From Moniliella sp. 'wahieum' (lineage: Eukaryota): a stretch of DNA of 64,000 nt. The stretch lies in NCBI GenBank assembly GCA_003971905.1, contig RSEE01000162.1, forward strand, positions 1 through 64,000, written 5' to 3'. Below, one piece after another: positions 39,166-52,702 of the stretch; the stretch's first letter is position 1, and each line of letters starts with the position of its first letter. The notes beneath the pieces were generated by a model. It was given only the letters and a program-made list of their open reading frames with translations, ran no database searches and had not been told where the DNA came from. Position numbers and translations under genes: made by a program.

Positions 39166-39502
39166 CGCTCACAGCGAGGGGATGGGATGGGATGGGACGA
39201 GGACTGGGAGATGGCGAATGGCACTGCGTACTGATGACAGCTGGCCGATAGCAGTCACGTGGCCGGTGCAGCCGACGCGTGGGTTGCAAATTAAGGGTTA
39301 CCTCCTGAGCCTCTCCGCGCAGCACCAGCCGCCCGCCGTGGTGACGTCACACGCTCCCCCCCGCCCGCACGGGGGCAGCAGGGCGCAGGCGCTTATGTCA
39401 TGCCACGGCATGTCATCTGGTGCGCTGAGACGCCGCGCAGCTGCTTGTGCCCCTACCATCGACCATCCCGCGTGCATCTTCAGAGTACTTCTACTTGCCG
39501 CC
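39166..39502. promoter_or_regulatory. Short divergent intergenic region (VPS36 / vWA gene) with CACGTG and a CRE-type palindrome GTGACGTCAC
   Basis: ATGs about 340 bp apart head-to-head; CACGTG at about 39256; GTGACGTCAC at 39341-39350. Function inferred. Confidence 0.45.
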
Positions 39503-40647
39503 ATGCCCTCACCCCCGCCCGACGCGCCTCCGCCGGCATACAACCCCATCGACCCCAACCACGCCGCGCCCACTGGCGGATACGCGCCCCCCAGCCACCC
39601 CCCGCCTCCCGCTGCCTCCGCCGCCTACCCGCCCTCGGGCTACCGCCGGCCTCCAGTCAGGGCTATCCGCCGCCGGCTTCCAATCAGGGCTATCCGTCTG
39701 CCTCGGCTCAAGGCGGCTACCCCCCCGCTCAAGGCGGTTATCCCCGGCCTCGTCTCAAGGCTACCCTCCGGCCTCATCTCAAGGCTACCCCCGGCGTCGG
39801 CTCAAGGCTACCCCCCCGCTGGCGCCTCCTCCGCGTCCGCGGCGCCCGCAGCGCCGGGCAAGTCGCCATCCCAATTCGGCATGAGCGGCGGGATTTCCGA
39901 CACGGTGCGGAGCCACAGTATAAATGCGAGTGGGGGACCGTCTGCGCGGTACACGGAGGATCCACTGGACTTGCTCAAGACGTTTGACACGGTGTTGATT
40001 GTGGATGACAGTGGGTCGATGCAGTTGACGCGGGAGGCTGGTGGACCAAGTCGGTGGGAAGAAGCGCGGGATGCGTTAGCTGGGATGGTGACGTTGGTCA
40101 AAGACAAAGATCCGGATGGGGTGGATGTACATTCCTCAATTCGCCACGGCATTTGGTTTCCTGTACGGATCCGGCAGCTGTGCGTGCGTTGTTCGATTCG
40201 GTCGTGCCGGATGGCGCGACGCCTACGGGGGCCAAGATCGAAGAGCTGATGATGGAGTATTTGGATGCGATCGAGATTGCCAAGCAGGCCAAGGCGACCG
40301 GTCGACCTCTTCCCGAAGGATTTGTCGAGCCGCGTAAACGCAACTACCTCATTCTGACCGATGGTGCCGCAACGGACGATGTGGAGGAAGTGATTGTATC
40401 GATTGCGCGACGCTTGGACCAGAATCACTTTCCTCTATCGCAGCTTGGCTTCTCGTTTGTCCAAGTAGGCGACGATCAGCAAGCGACCGAGTTTCTCAAG
40501 GAACTGGACGATGCCATCTCCTCTGCCCAGGGCGTGCGGGACATTGTTGATACCACACCGGCCAGTGGCATGGCCTTGTCGTACGACTTGATCGTCAAGG
40601 CCCTCTTGGGCGGCATTAACCGCCGCTTTGACCGGCGCACCAATTGA
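39503..40647 (+). CDS. von Willebrand factor A domain protein with Pro/Gly/Tyr/Gln-rich N-terminus
   Basis: MIDAS motif DTVLIVDDSGSM, GATPTG, ILTDG, FSFVQVGDD, FLKELDD, RDIVDT and KALLGGINRRFD; N-terminal QGYPP repeats. Frameshifted. Confidence 0.85.
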
Positions 40648-41384
40648 AGTCACTATAAATCCCACCCTTGGGAAACACACGTTTCCTCTTCGTGTGAGTT
40701 GGAGTTTCCATTATCCTATCTTTTTTTCTTATGGGGTTTAGCCCCCCCCCCCCCCCTCCCCCCTGTCCCTCCTCCTCTGCTCGGTGTACGCAGAGGCACT
40801 GGTAACCCACCATTTGGACTGCGCGATGGTGGCCATCCCATCCTCGCTTTGTGCCTTTGACGAAACTGAACTAGGATGTACCGAGAAGTCCGCTTGGTTG
40901 AATCGAGTAGAAAATGAGTTTTGCCTGTCCCGCCCACTGCAGCACAGTAGACGGATACAGCGCGGAGATCAAGGCAGAGCAGAAACAACCTCGCCCCCAC
41001 CACCGTGCTGAAACACTAAATAGAGCGGAAGCACACTACCTTGCATAGTCCTTTGCTGCTCCGCTACTGCTCCTCGGTTAGGGGAATGGGGTGTGGGGGT
41101 GCGTAGCCATCCGTCTCGAGGGTCTGGCTGGCAGGGCTAGGGCTGCCGCGTGACGGGAGAGGGAAGAGGGTTGCAATCCTACCGTAACACGAAGTGCTTC
41201 CAATCGAGGGCGCACGACAAACTAGGCGCACCTCGTGGGGAACTATGCCGTAACTATACCATAACTATACCGTAACTGCACCGTCGGTTCAACGTACGCG
41301 CCACCGTGTGGTGGTAGTGTCCGATGCGCAAGTGGTACGTATATAGTGCCGAGAGAGGTACGTGGTTGGTTGTTGGTTGTGCCA

Positions 41385-41689
41385 CTTCCACCTCTACCTC
41401 CACCTCCACTTCCACCTCTACCTCCACCTCCACTTCCACCTCCAACGGGGCCATGTGAGCTACAGATGGAGTGGGCAGTCCAGGCGAGTCCGTAGCCCGA
41501 AACGGGCTCGTGGGCAGTGCGAGGGTGAGGTGTGGATCAATAGGATCAATATATGGAGGAGGAACAAGAGCAAGGTCCGAGCGTGGAAATGGGTAGGAGA
41601 ATGGGAATGGGTCGGAGAATGGGAATGGGAATGAGGATAGGAATGGGGATGAGCATGAGGATGGGAACGCATACAAACCGCCTTGCGTC

Positions 41690-41725
<36 letters not shown>
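41385..41725. repeat. Microsatellite cluster: (CCACYT)n, (GAATGG)n, (TCTT)n
   Basis: Directly visible. Confidence 0.85.
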
Positions 41726-41881
41726 CTGCATTATTTTAGTTGTGGACGCGTGTTGCGCCACGCGTCCACGGGTGGCGCAGGGTGGTAGGGAGGAAAGCCA
41801 AGCACCACATGTCACATCCATAGCTGTGCGTGGGGTTACATGGTTACATGGTTACATGTCCCACCCAGCACGCACCACGCG

Positions 41882-43500
41882 TCACCTCATCGGGGCGTAG
41901 GACCACCGTTGGACGAGGATCTGGGCAGCTAGCCACGCCAGGACACACACGCACGTGTCCACCCCAAGCGAGCGGTAGAGAGTACGAGCGTCCTGAGGTG
42001 GGAGGTGAGTCCATGCACGCACCTCGCCCTGCACCCAGGCACGCCAGCTGCGCCGTGGGTCCCGCGCCAGCCCTTCGTCCCCCCATGCATCATCGTCCGG
42101 CTGGGAGAGCGGAAGTAGGAGCGCGTCCGTGTCTGGCTCGGTGGGGCGGGTGGAAGAGGGGGGAAGGGGGGATGAGGCAGAGGCCGAAGCAGGGCCGAAG
42201 CAGTACCAGAACCAGAAGCAGAGGTAGATGCAACTCGGACTTGCGGGACATGCATCGGAAGCAGATTGCCCGCTGAACTTTTGCCCCATGCCCAGGAGGT
42301 GCGGGGGGAGGAAAAGGAAAAGGAGGAGGGGTGTGGCATGGGCTGGGCCAGGGTGGCGCAAGAAGGTCATCAGAGCCAAGCAGAGCAGGGCCAAGAGAGC
42401 GTAGGTGAGATAAGGACGGTAAGGAGAGCCAAGGTAACACTTTGTACCCCCCACCCAGTGGGGGTCAAACTCAACAACGCCAGTCCGGGGAGAGAGATAC
42501 CCATGGCCATGCTGAAGGACTTGATGGTGTACTCGGTTGCGCCGCCAAAGGGGATCCAACCGGTGTATCGTGTTGGGTCTTGTGGCTCTGCGGGCGGGAC
42601 AGGGGCAGCCGGGTGGGTGTAGACACAGGCATCGTGGTCGTCGCCCGAAAAGATGAGGACCGGGTTAAGTTTGTGAAGGATTTCCATGGTCAGGTTGGGA
42701 GACAGTTGAGGGTATTGGTAGCCATCCGCCTGGGGCAATGGGCGTCCGGACTCGCGCTCAGGGCCACAGGAAGCGTTTTCAGGGCGAAAGAGGGGCACAT
42801 GGGTGAGCAGCACCACCTTGCTGTGGGCAAGGGAGGGACGAAAGGTATCGAGAAACGTCTGTGCGTCCTGTTCGTACGGCTGAGTTCGGTTGTCGGCCGA
42901 CAAGCTGATGGTATCGAGCACGACCATGTCATATTCGCCCCCGAGCAGGGGGGAGATATGGTTCGCCGGGCCAAACTGGGCGGCAAAGCGTTGGGGCGCA
43001 CCGGGGACAATGTCGTTGCCAAATCCAATGTCATGGTTGCCCTGGACGCTCCAGTCGACCTGCCCCTGCAGGGGAGGGGGGGGAATATGCGTGCGAGTCG
43101 GTCGCGCTCCTCATCCAGCGAGGGTCGTCGATGGGCCATTCGCGGCCACCATCAAACAGGTCGCCAAGGAAGAAGGTCCTGTGGGCGGAGGAGGAAGGAG
43201 AGGAAGCGCCAGGAGCGCGCCTCCCAGCGGTCGGTCAGGACACGTGTAACCCACTGCAGGGGGCAAGGCGGCGGGGTAGGAGAAGGCGTCGATGATCTGT
43301 GGGTCGGCGACGAGGGCGACATGGAGTGGGTCGTGCTGCGCGCTGGGCGGGAGGGGCCAGGCGCATCGGTGTGCGATGCGCTGGGGGGCCCAGAACTCGG
43401 AGACGAGCGTGGCGGCGACCCAGACGAGCGCGAGGAGGAGGCGGGAGCGCCAGTGCCAGCGGCTGGCGGCGATGCGTGCGGCGTTGGGGCGCACGGCCAT
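41882..43500 (-). CDS. CDC1: Metallophosphoesterase, Cdc1/MPPE1 (PGAP5) family
   Basis: N-terminal TM; HVALVADPQIIDAFSYP; FLGDLFDGGRE; GNHDIGFG; VLLTHVPLFR; CGPERE; LIFSGDDHDACVYTH; EYTIKSFSMAMGI; C-terminal TMs. Frameshifted. Confidence 0.88.
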
Positions 43501-43846
43501 GGGGGGGGCTGCTACTGATCGGGGGCGGAGCGGCGAGGGGTGCGCGTGGGCGAGCGAGTGGCGCACTGAGTACTGATGAGAGCCCACGTTTGACATTTCA
43601 ACGTTCAACTGGCCCCACTGTGCTGGGCGGAAGGCGGGTGCGGAACAGAGATGCACCGAAGCAGCCCAGGCGGCTGGCCGGCGGCGGGGATGCAGGCCGG
43701 CCGCACACTGCCGCTGTGCCGGCGGGGCCGAGTGGGGCAGCGTGGCTCTAATCATTAATCAAACCAGAACAGGCAGGCCGCACCACAAGATCATGTGTGA
43801 GCACCACCCAACGCCACCTCCTCCGCTTCTCCCCCTTGGCGCGGCC

Positions 43847-45690
43847 ATGCGCGCCCTCCTGCGCGTCCTCCGCGCGCTCGCCATTGCCCTCGCCGTCCTG
43901 CTCGCCGCCCTCACCCTCTTCCTCCACGCCGCCTTTCTCGGCCTCACCTCCTCCCCGCCCCGGCCCCGCGCCCGGCCCGCACTCGACACGGCCGTCTTGG
44001 CCCAACTGCGCGCTGCCGCCCACGACCCGTCCAACCTCGTCCTCGACCCTGGCGGCGGCGGCGCCTTGGCCTCGCTCCCACGCCCACTGGCGAGGCTGTC
44101 GTGTCGTGGTACACGCCCTCGTACGTCCCTCGTGGCACATGGGTCTCACTCGTCCTGGTGCCCGTTTGGCCCCCGTCTTTGCTCATGCCCGTCAGCGCGC
44201 CCACAAACGTCTCGGAGTACCTGGGATGCCTGCACGCGCGCGCGAAGCGTCACGACGAACATTGTTGGCCTCGTTGGAGCACCGCGACTGGTTCTCCTTT
44301 TCGCTCCGGTGGAACGCCACGTTGCGCGCGCTCAGTCTCCGTCCGGCCCTGGCCACGTCGCTTGAGACGGACCAAATCGAGGGCTGCCACCTGGCTTCAA
44401 TGCGCACCCTCTTCATCATCACCATCCTCTTCTTCATCGTCTTCTTTGCCTGTGCCCGTTCCCACACCCCATTCGTCGACCGCGTGGGACGTTCCGTACC
44501 CTTCGACCATCATGACCTACCGCCCCTCGTCCGACGTGCGCAACCACCCCCGCTGTGGGTGCGTTTGGCACGGTGGGCAACCAGTTACTGGGCAACCTAC
44601 TTGCCGTCTTGCCCCCCGCTGACGATGCGCTGCACTTTGCCCAGACCCGGGCTGGTGGGCGAACCGTCGTCGGCGATTGTACCTGTGTATGCCCACTGTC
44701 GTCCGCTCACGTCGGGGGAAGGATTTCAATATGCCGAGTACGAACAAGAGATTCTAGCAGCTCAGGGTCAATCGACTACTGTCCCACCCTCACCATCCTC
44801 CACCCCAACCGGGCCCGGCCGAATCGAGATGCAAGTCTACCTGGCCGAACAGTTTCCGTCGTACAGCACCATGCTCCTCTCTCTTCTCCTCGATGGGCAG
44901 GGAGAGGTGGAGCAAGTCATGTTGCCCAAGACGAGGGTGGTGCCCAGTGAGCCGCATCATCTAGTCCCACCCCAACAACGTGGTCCCCTACCTCGGCAGT
45001 CAATGCCCAAGCGAGTGACGTTAAACCCCGCCACTGGCTTCTCGTCCCTTTCCAACGGCGTCGGTCTCGGGAAGAATTCGCCCCCTTGCCGGTGAATGGT
45101 GCAAGGCCGAAATGGGGCTACGGGTCTGGGTACAACGGTGCGGTGTTGTACCGGGTAGGCGGCACGTACGCGCTGCGATCCGCTGGCTTGGCTGGCTGGG
45201 GCGCATGGGACTGGTGGTGGTTCCGAAAGGTAGTACGACCTTGTAGCAAGTTTCTCGACTTGTGGTCAAGGTCAGTGTGGTGGTAGTGGCCATGATTGGG
45301 GTACTTGCGGTACTGCGGTTGATCGGGCGGAACGAGGGCACACACGTTCGGTCCATTACCTGCACGATTTCTTTCGTCGCATGGGCACAAGGACGATGGG
45401 ATGCGCCCTGGGTTCGCAGGTACCAACTGGTCGTCCCGCCATCCTCGAGTCATGAGCCCGACGTGTCCTGGCCCACCACGCGTGGCGAGCACGACCTTTC
45501 CGCGCCCAGGGGGGCAGGCCAAGACGCACCCTATCCGCCGTACCCGGCGCACGAAAAGGGCTCTCCACCTTCCCCTCGCTCACCTCGGTCGCCCACGCAA
45601 CGACGAACGTCACCTACGCTTCGACGACCTGCGTCGTTAGCCAGCAGCCCAATTACGCTGTCCTCCCTCGATCCGGTCGGAGACAAGTGA
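43847..45690 (+). CDS. Uncharacterised predicted membrane protein
   Basis: Codon-biased ORF pieces in alternating frames; hydrophobic segments LAIALAVLLAALTLFLHAAFLGL, TLFIITILFFIVFFAC and VSVVVVAMIGVLAVLRLIG; Pro/Ser tail. No family recognised. Confidence 0.55.
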
Positions 45691-47417
45691 CGTTAGCCTC
45701 GGCACCACATTGGAGTGGGGGGGAGCCTATCTCTGGACCTCCTGTCCTTTTCTCCCCTGAGTCTGACTCGGGCTGTGCGCGCCGCCGCCGCTCGTGTCGG
45801 TCCGGTCGATCCGTACCCGCCTACTCGTGAGGCCGATTCGGCGCCGTTGCAGAGCCCGTTGCAAGGCCCGTTACGTTGATGCGAGGTGCACGGTTGTGCT
45901 GCTTGTACTCCAAGCTTCGAACTTCAAGCTTCAAGCTTCATACATGATTAATGATTGCTCATCGAGCTACTGCAGCAGGGCGGTGCACCGTGCCCTTGGC
46001 TCTAGTGCGTTCTCATTCCAAGTCCTTAGTTCCGACATGTTAGTTCTTGGTTTTTGGTTCTCGGTTCCTGGTCCCTCTTCACTCGTTTCGTTCCACTCGG
46101 ACGCTGCGGTGCCCCCTCGCTCGCATCCACCCATTCATGTCACATCTCACATCTCACATCTCACATGTCACATGTCATCAGTCATATTTGCCTCCCGCTC
46201 CACATGGCGCTGAATCGCTTCGCTCCCGCGCCTCTGACGCCCCCAAAAAACAACGGTAGCGCACCGACAGAGAAACAAAGTATGTATGCATACCCTGTTT
46301 GGACCGTCTACACTTCCGCCGCATACGTGCTACGTATAGCTAGTCGCGTGCACCAAGACGGCCAAGCGAGCGCGAATGGAAAGGGCGACAGGCGATAGAC
46401 ATCAAGATGGATGGGGGCACCGTACCAAGGTACATGTGCGGTGTGGTGGTTTGTACGAAGGGAGAAAAGGGTGTATACGTACAAGATTTTGTTCAGTTGT
46501 CGCCAGCAACCGTAATGATCTTTGTCATAGTCAATATGTCCGTGTTTAGCCATCACAAGAGCACCGTGTTGGGATTGATCGATCCCCGCCGAAGCGGTGG
46601 GCAGCCATCCGATCAAACACGGGCAGGACAGAGAGACAAAGAGATGAAGTATTGTACTGTACTATAGTAGTTGCCATTGAATAAAAGGTCTGCTTTTGAG
46701 CATCCGAGACGACCTTATATCGCTGGCAGCCACACTGGAACGTCAAGGAAACTAACGCAGAAACAGGCACTGAATCGATATCACTTCAGAACGAAAGAGA
46801 CACCACAGTATCATTGAAGGCTCTCCGTGTACTAAGCGCCCTCTATAAAGTCCGTTTGTACGCTCTTCCCCGATGAATCTCTCTACTTCTGCGTTCAACT
46901 CGTCCTACTCATATCTTCGGGTCCAGATTCGAACTTCATCATTCGTAAAAGTCCATTGTTCGTATAGTCAACTCTTCCCCCCGCGCCGGGGAAGAACATT
47001 CATGCACGGGGATTACCCAGTCACGGTTTACCCTCTGGAGGCATGTGTTGATCCGAACAGCAGGGGTCCGAACAGCAAAGATCTTGCTATAGTCTCACCC
47101 CCGCAATGCCATCAGCGCCAATAGTACATGAAAATAGCACGCGATAACACCCTGAGTATCAACGTTGCGTTTCTGAGAGTGAAGAAGGGGAGGGAGAGTA
47201 AAAGAATGTTTGAAAAGAATAAGAGGGAATAGGGGCAGCTTGAAAGAATAATGGCAAGGGGTAACCTGTGCTGAAGAGCACACAGAACGCAACAGAAGCG
47301 GGGAATTCGTAGCAATGGAGACAACAGAACGCATAAGAATATCGCGCAAGAAAAAAAAACTGTTGTTGTCCATCTTGAGGAGACAAAACGTGCGATGGGA
47401 AGCGGATGAGCGCCATT

Positions 47418-49525
47418 TCAACAGGTATCCATAAGGCTGTTTTTGGGCCAAGGGTACCGGTCTCGAGGCCAGACAGTGTAGTTGGGATTGTGTACACCTC
47501 GTAGTGCCTGTCAATGTAATCTTTGGTAGGGTAATCAGGAGGGTCGCACGAAAGGCGAGTTTGGCCCGGGCGCTGATACAAGCGGATATAGTCGATCGAA
47601 AGGCTGGAACACGAGTTCGTCCCAGTGCACCTGAACAAATCCAGAACTGACGCCTACATGCCAAGAAGAGGACGGGTGAGAGGGTTAGAATCGAATCGAA
47701 CAAACAACGCAAACGGAGCAGCCAGCAATGACGACTATACGCACCTAAGTTGACCACAATCGACATGGGCTCAACCGGCACCAATCGTTGTGACACATTG
47801 ACAGATTCTTGCGGACCAATCATAGCCGCTGACGCTGTCCAACGCGTTTGGCCGCCCGAGTACCACGACAGCTGACCGGCCGAGCCGTCACCATCAAAGT
47901 CAGGGTCGATCTGGACCCCAAAAGTGTAATATTCCGATCCGGGCGTATCGCGGTAGGCGCTGTCGGGGATGGGCGAGACGCCCGACATGGCTTGTTGGAA
48001 CACACCACCGCGGTAGCTGTTCCAGTGGGTACTGCGTCGAATGTATAGGAATCATTCGAGAGAGGGAGATAGTCTTGGCTAAAGGGGCACATCTGAAGAC
48101 TTTGGCTGGCTTGCCCTTGCATGCCGCTATTTGCGCTTCGAGGATGTCCACCTCAGGGGCACCACGGCCTACGTTGGGCCTTGGTCCCGGGTGGTCCTCA
48201 TTGGCACACGTGCAAGAACTCAACTTTTGTCCGGGCATGTAGGACAGGCGTCCATCGTACTGTGCAGAGTACTGTCCATGTGCGTTGAGCGTCGCCAGGG
48301 GCAGCGTTTTGTCCGGGTTGGTTTGGTTGGGAAGGGTTCCCCAGTCGCAGGCTTGGTACCTGTGAGCAAAGCAGAGATCTGTCAATGAAACTGTCCGATG
48401 GAGATGCGAGTGGGGGTTTGAAAGGGACGTACGAGTAGGGCCAGGTACCTTCGCTTGTACCGCGATAGCCTGGGCGAGCCAAGTTTCCCATCGTCCACAG
48501 ACCCGGCCAGAAACCACGCTGACTCGGAACACCGGGAGTTTGACGGCCATCTCGAGATAACCGCCTTGGAAGCAAAGTTTGTTCAACTTGCAGCATACCT
48601 GATGGAAATTGAGATTGTGGGTGTCCTTCTGCACCATGGTGATCTGCAATGCACCGCCAGTAGTGTTGATTGCTTCAGGGAGTACCATTCGTAATCCTGG
48701 TGGCACCATACCAGAAATCTTGGGCCTCCAAAACGGATCATCGCCCTGGCCAAAACGTTCGGCCTTCTTCTTCAAACTCATCGGAAAAGACCAAATGATA
48801 CTCCGAACCGCCTGCTACGGCCGCGGGGGTGGGGAGGTCCACGTGTACGCCGACTTGGGTGTGTCGGGATCGATGAGCTGAGGAGGAAGGGAAGCTCCCC
48901 GACTTGCCCCGTGTTGTTGAGGTTGACCATGTGGTGAGTGGGATTGAGAAAGTGGCGAAGAATAGGGTAGCCAGCAAAGAGCATCAAAATTCCCAACAAG
49001 AGAAGGGTCACAGTAAGTATATTGAGTAGGCCACGGAAATCTACTCCGTGCCAAAAATGGGACTTGTCGTCCTCAGCGTGGAGGTAATCGTCTGGCTCAA
49101 CCTCCTCATCCTGCCAGGCCCAAGGACCGTCTGTGGGAAGAGGAGTATCTTCTCTCATCAACTGCCTTTGACTCGAGGCAGGAGATGCCGAAAGAAAAGA
49201 AGGGTAGGTGTGTTGGAGCCGGGAGGCTTGCTGCATCTTGCTTGTGGGGGTGGAGCTGCGGGTACCCGACGGTGACATAGGTCGTCTCCTGCCAGAGCTG
49301 ATGGGTTGGAGAATGATGGGCTGAGATGATAGGGCCTGGATGGTATGCGCTTGGGTTCGATGAGAAGCGCTGACGCGGGACAGGGCTATTCGAAGCAGAT
49401 GGTGGTGTCCAGCTGTTGCCCCTGGCCATGGGGGTCGCGACGGGTATACTAGTTGGGCGTTGCTGGGTTCGTGGTGGCGACATTGGTCTGGGTTGGGTCG
49501 GTGCGTCAACGAAGTGCGTTGACAT
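47418..49525 (-). CDS. KRE6: KRE6/SKN1 GH16 protein (paralogue 2)
   Basis: EPDDYLH; RGLLNILTVTLLLLGILMLFAGYPIL; LIDPDTP; YHLVFSDEFEEEGRTFWPG; NKLCFQGGYLE; GFWPGLWTMGNLARPGY; GRGAPEVDILEAQ; VPVEPMSIVVNLG; CDPPDYPTKDYI; YPWPKNSLMDTC-stop. Introns at about 48361-48430 and 47659-47740. Confidence 0.92.
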
Positions 49526-52500
49526 GGTGTGGATCGCGAGAGAGGTTGGTGGCAGTGTCGGTAAGGAAGGAAAAGAGGGGAGGAAAACGAAGAATAGGGA
49601 AGAAAAGACGGAGCGGAGAGGGGACTATATGCGGTCCTGCAGAGACGTTCGCAGCGGAGAGAAGGGGACTACTATAATAGCAACAGGGGGTGAGATATTT
49701 GAGAAAGAGAGGGCGTTTGCAAAGTGGCTCGGCGGATAAGAGGCGATGACCTTGGGGTATGTGGGGGTTTTCCTCCGACGCAGCGGGGCGGGAGTGGTAT
49801 GGCAATGATATGGCGGATGTGCGCGGATGGGGTTATGGGATGGTTACCGCCGGCGTCACGCGTCGCGGCCTCCGTCGGTCGTCAGGTGTGGAGCCAGCCT
49901 CTGCATTCCGACGCACTGGGCCAGTGCCAAAAGCCACCTGTCTCCGGGTGAGATCCCAGCAGGAGGCCACTGGGGTTTGCCCCCGGAGCTCCAGCGACAG
50001 GGTGCGGCGCCGCTCTCTGTGCCTGGCGCAGATATAACACGTTTTGGAACTCAGCCACCGCGGGGGGCCTGCCATATGCTGCTACCCTGCCGCTCACTCG
50101 CCGGCACCGCGGCCTAGCAGAGGACGTAGTCTCCGCTATGTACCATCTCATCAGCTTGGGTGGCAAAAGGCGCCTTGCCCCCGGGGGGTCTCACACAGAG
50201 TCCCTCCCTCCCCTACCATGCAACATCCAGCACCAATATCGGCCTTAGGTCGTACGCCTCGCGCTTTTTGGCCCCTGGGATCTATACGTTCAAGCCTCAG
50301 GCTGAGGCCTCAGGCCTCAGGCTCAGCATGCTCGCGTGAGACTCTCGTTCCTCCGCCGCGGGGCGCGCGAGAACACCACGGGATCCGGCATATCAAATTC
50401 CCATCTCAAGGCGGAGCACAAAAAGCAGTTGCTTGTGGCAGAGTGTTGCACACTCACATGCATCACAGTTCCTACCCGTCTGTATGGAGGGTCTTCGTGG
50501 CTTGGGACTCCCAGCCTCTTCATTGACTCATCCGTCGCCGCGTAAAGAAAATGAATCTTGTGCCTCTCGTGAGGCTCAGGCCTCAGGCCTCAGGCCTAGG
50601 ACCTGTTTGAGGGTTGAAGTTCAACGTTCAAGAGGCTTGTGGCCTATGACGCGTGACGGTGGACGCCTTATCGACCTGATCATTAACCGGTAACCGTTAT
50701 ATCTATCGGGTATACTGTCAACGTAGGCAACGTCTATACGCTACTGATAATCGATAACTGTTGAAGATATCTATCAACCTGCCGCCACGCGTACACCTAT
50801 ACCTCCGTACCCTATAGCGCCCGACCGTAGGTTGGTTTTGCGTTCAAGCTTCAAGCTTCGCAAGCAAGCATTCACAAAAACACTCATTTAGATATCGGTA
50901 GAAAGAAAGACATCGAGAAAATGCCTTCGCGGACTTCGGAGGCAATGGTGCGCATTTTGATGTTGAAGTTATAACCACGTTAAACGAAGACCAGCAAGTT
51001 TGTAAGTCACAAGATCACCGGGATCACTCAGGCCTGAATATTGAATCCTTAGCCTTAGGCCTCCGCAGTTCTCAGCAACCTCGGCCTCAGGCCGTATATA
51101 TGTGTTTTTGGAAACAGTGTAACTGCCGTTCTGACCGACACAAAGGGTTGCACGTCCACCTATTTTGTCACTGTATTTTCAACATCCGAAAACGTCTTGC
51201 GTCCGGCACACACCGCCCACTAATACGCCGTATTGAGTCCTCAGGCTGAGGCTTACTCCATCAGGACCGTGCTCATCCAGATCATATCGATGATTCTTTC
51301 CTGTACATACACATGTACACGTCGAGTGCTCACACATTAAATAAGCAGCTCCTTAGCTTCATTGAGATGTTAGTTGCAATACCCATGTCCTGCCACACGC
51401 GCTCCCAGCAGGACGTTTGCAGGGGTAGGATCTGTCAAAGAGACTGTCAAACAGTTGGAAAGACAGATATGCTGAGCCAAGCGTGCGCGCGCCCTTTGCC
51501 ACTCGAAACCTGAGGCGGGGTCTGAGGTGCCGGTGTCTGTTGCATGTGAGGCTTGATCGATGATGTCGATGATGGATCAAAACGTTCAACGTTCAACGTT
51601 CAACAGCCCCGCACCTTCCCGCGCACGTTGCGCATGATGCCGTCGGTTGGATTCCGAGAGAGGCGTACTTCCGGCGATCATAGCGAGCGACCGCGGAGGT
51701 CCGCCGCGTTTCTGGCGGGGGTACGGGCGGTACGGGCCACACGTGCCCAACAAGAACAGAAAGATCTCAAAAGCGGGTTTTGCCGTACACAGCGTACGAA
51801 TAGTATGAATGACATGTCACTGAGAGTGACTAGTGACAGTGGATGAGCAAAGGGTTATTCGTTCTCAGGTCCATATATCGAAAGGACACTTACGTGCATT
51901 ACGAGATGAATGGACGCAAGATATGGATGGCCACATGTATCTGTATTTCCGTATTTCGTCGTACACTGGCATCCATGATGAACGTAACCGAACTACCACT
52001 GGGTTGGCAGGGAAGCACACCTTGGTGGGTCCTAGGCCCATCCGGTCACTAACGTGTTTAATGTTCGCCAAGTCAGAGGATCACGGCCATCGCCCACGTT
52101 CACTTTGAGTTGGAGACCCCAAGTGGTCAGAGATGAGCCGAAGGGGAGGGGATACATAGGATACATACTGCCCAGTAGTCCTAGCCAGCGGACCCACAGT
52201 TATCTCGTGTAGCCGGATTGGCTCGGGCGCACGTCGGCCGTTCTGATGCACCCCAAACCGAGAAAGAAAGATGGGAGAAAACATATACATTTTGCATATG
52301 CCAATGCTCTGCGTGTGCGAAGATGTGGGGCAATCGCCCTGCCCCGTAGCACGAGGGTTTTGGGAACAAGACTAAGAAAGGAGGGGAAAGGAGAAGATGG
52401 GAGAGGGAAAAGGGAAAAGGGGAAGAGGGGCACATGGCGAGAGTATAGGACAGCATGAGTAAGAGTCAGCCTACGTTGAGGGGGATATTACAGCAGGACA

Positions 52501-52702
52501 AGGGAAAGAAGACTGGTGCCCATGGGAACCCGTGTGGATGATCTCCACTAAATTGCTACGCCCTGCGTCACCTTGGCCTCACCCTCCCCCACGCGCCCAC
52601 GCCGCTCGCCGCGCACCGCGTCCAGCACCGACAAGCTAACAAGCAAGACCTGCGACAAAGGGGCCTGACGCTTCCACGTACCACATCTACGTGGATGGAC
52701 AC

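Noticed and set aside
13629..49525. Programmed frameshifting or pseudogene cluster
   Set aside because: Indels are scattered, lack slippery-site structure, and occur equally in the non-coding LTRs.
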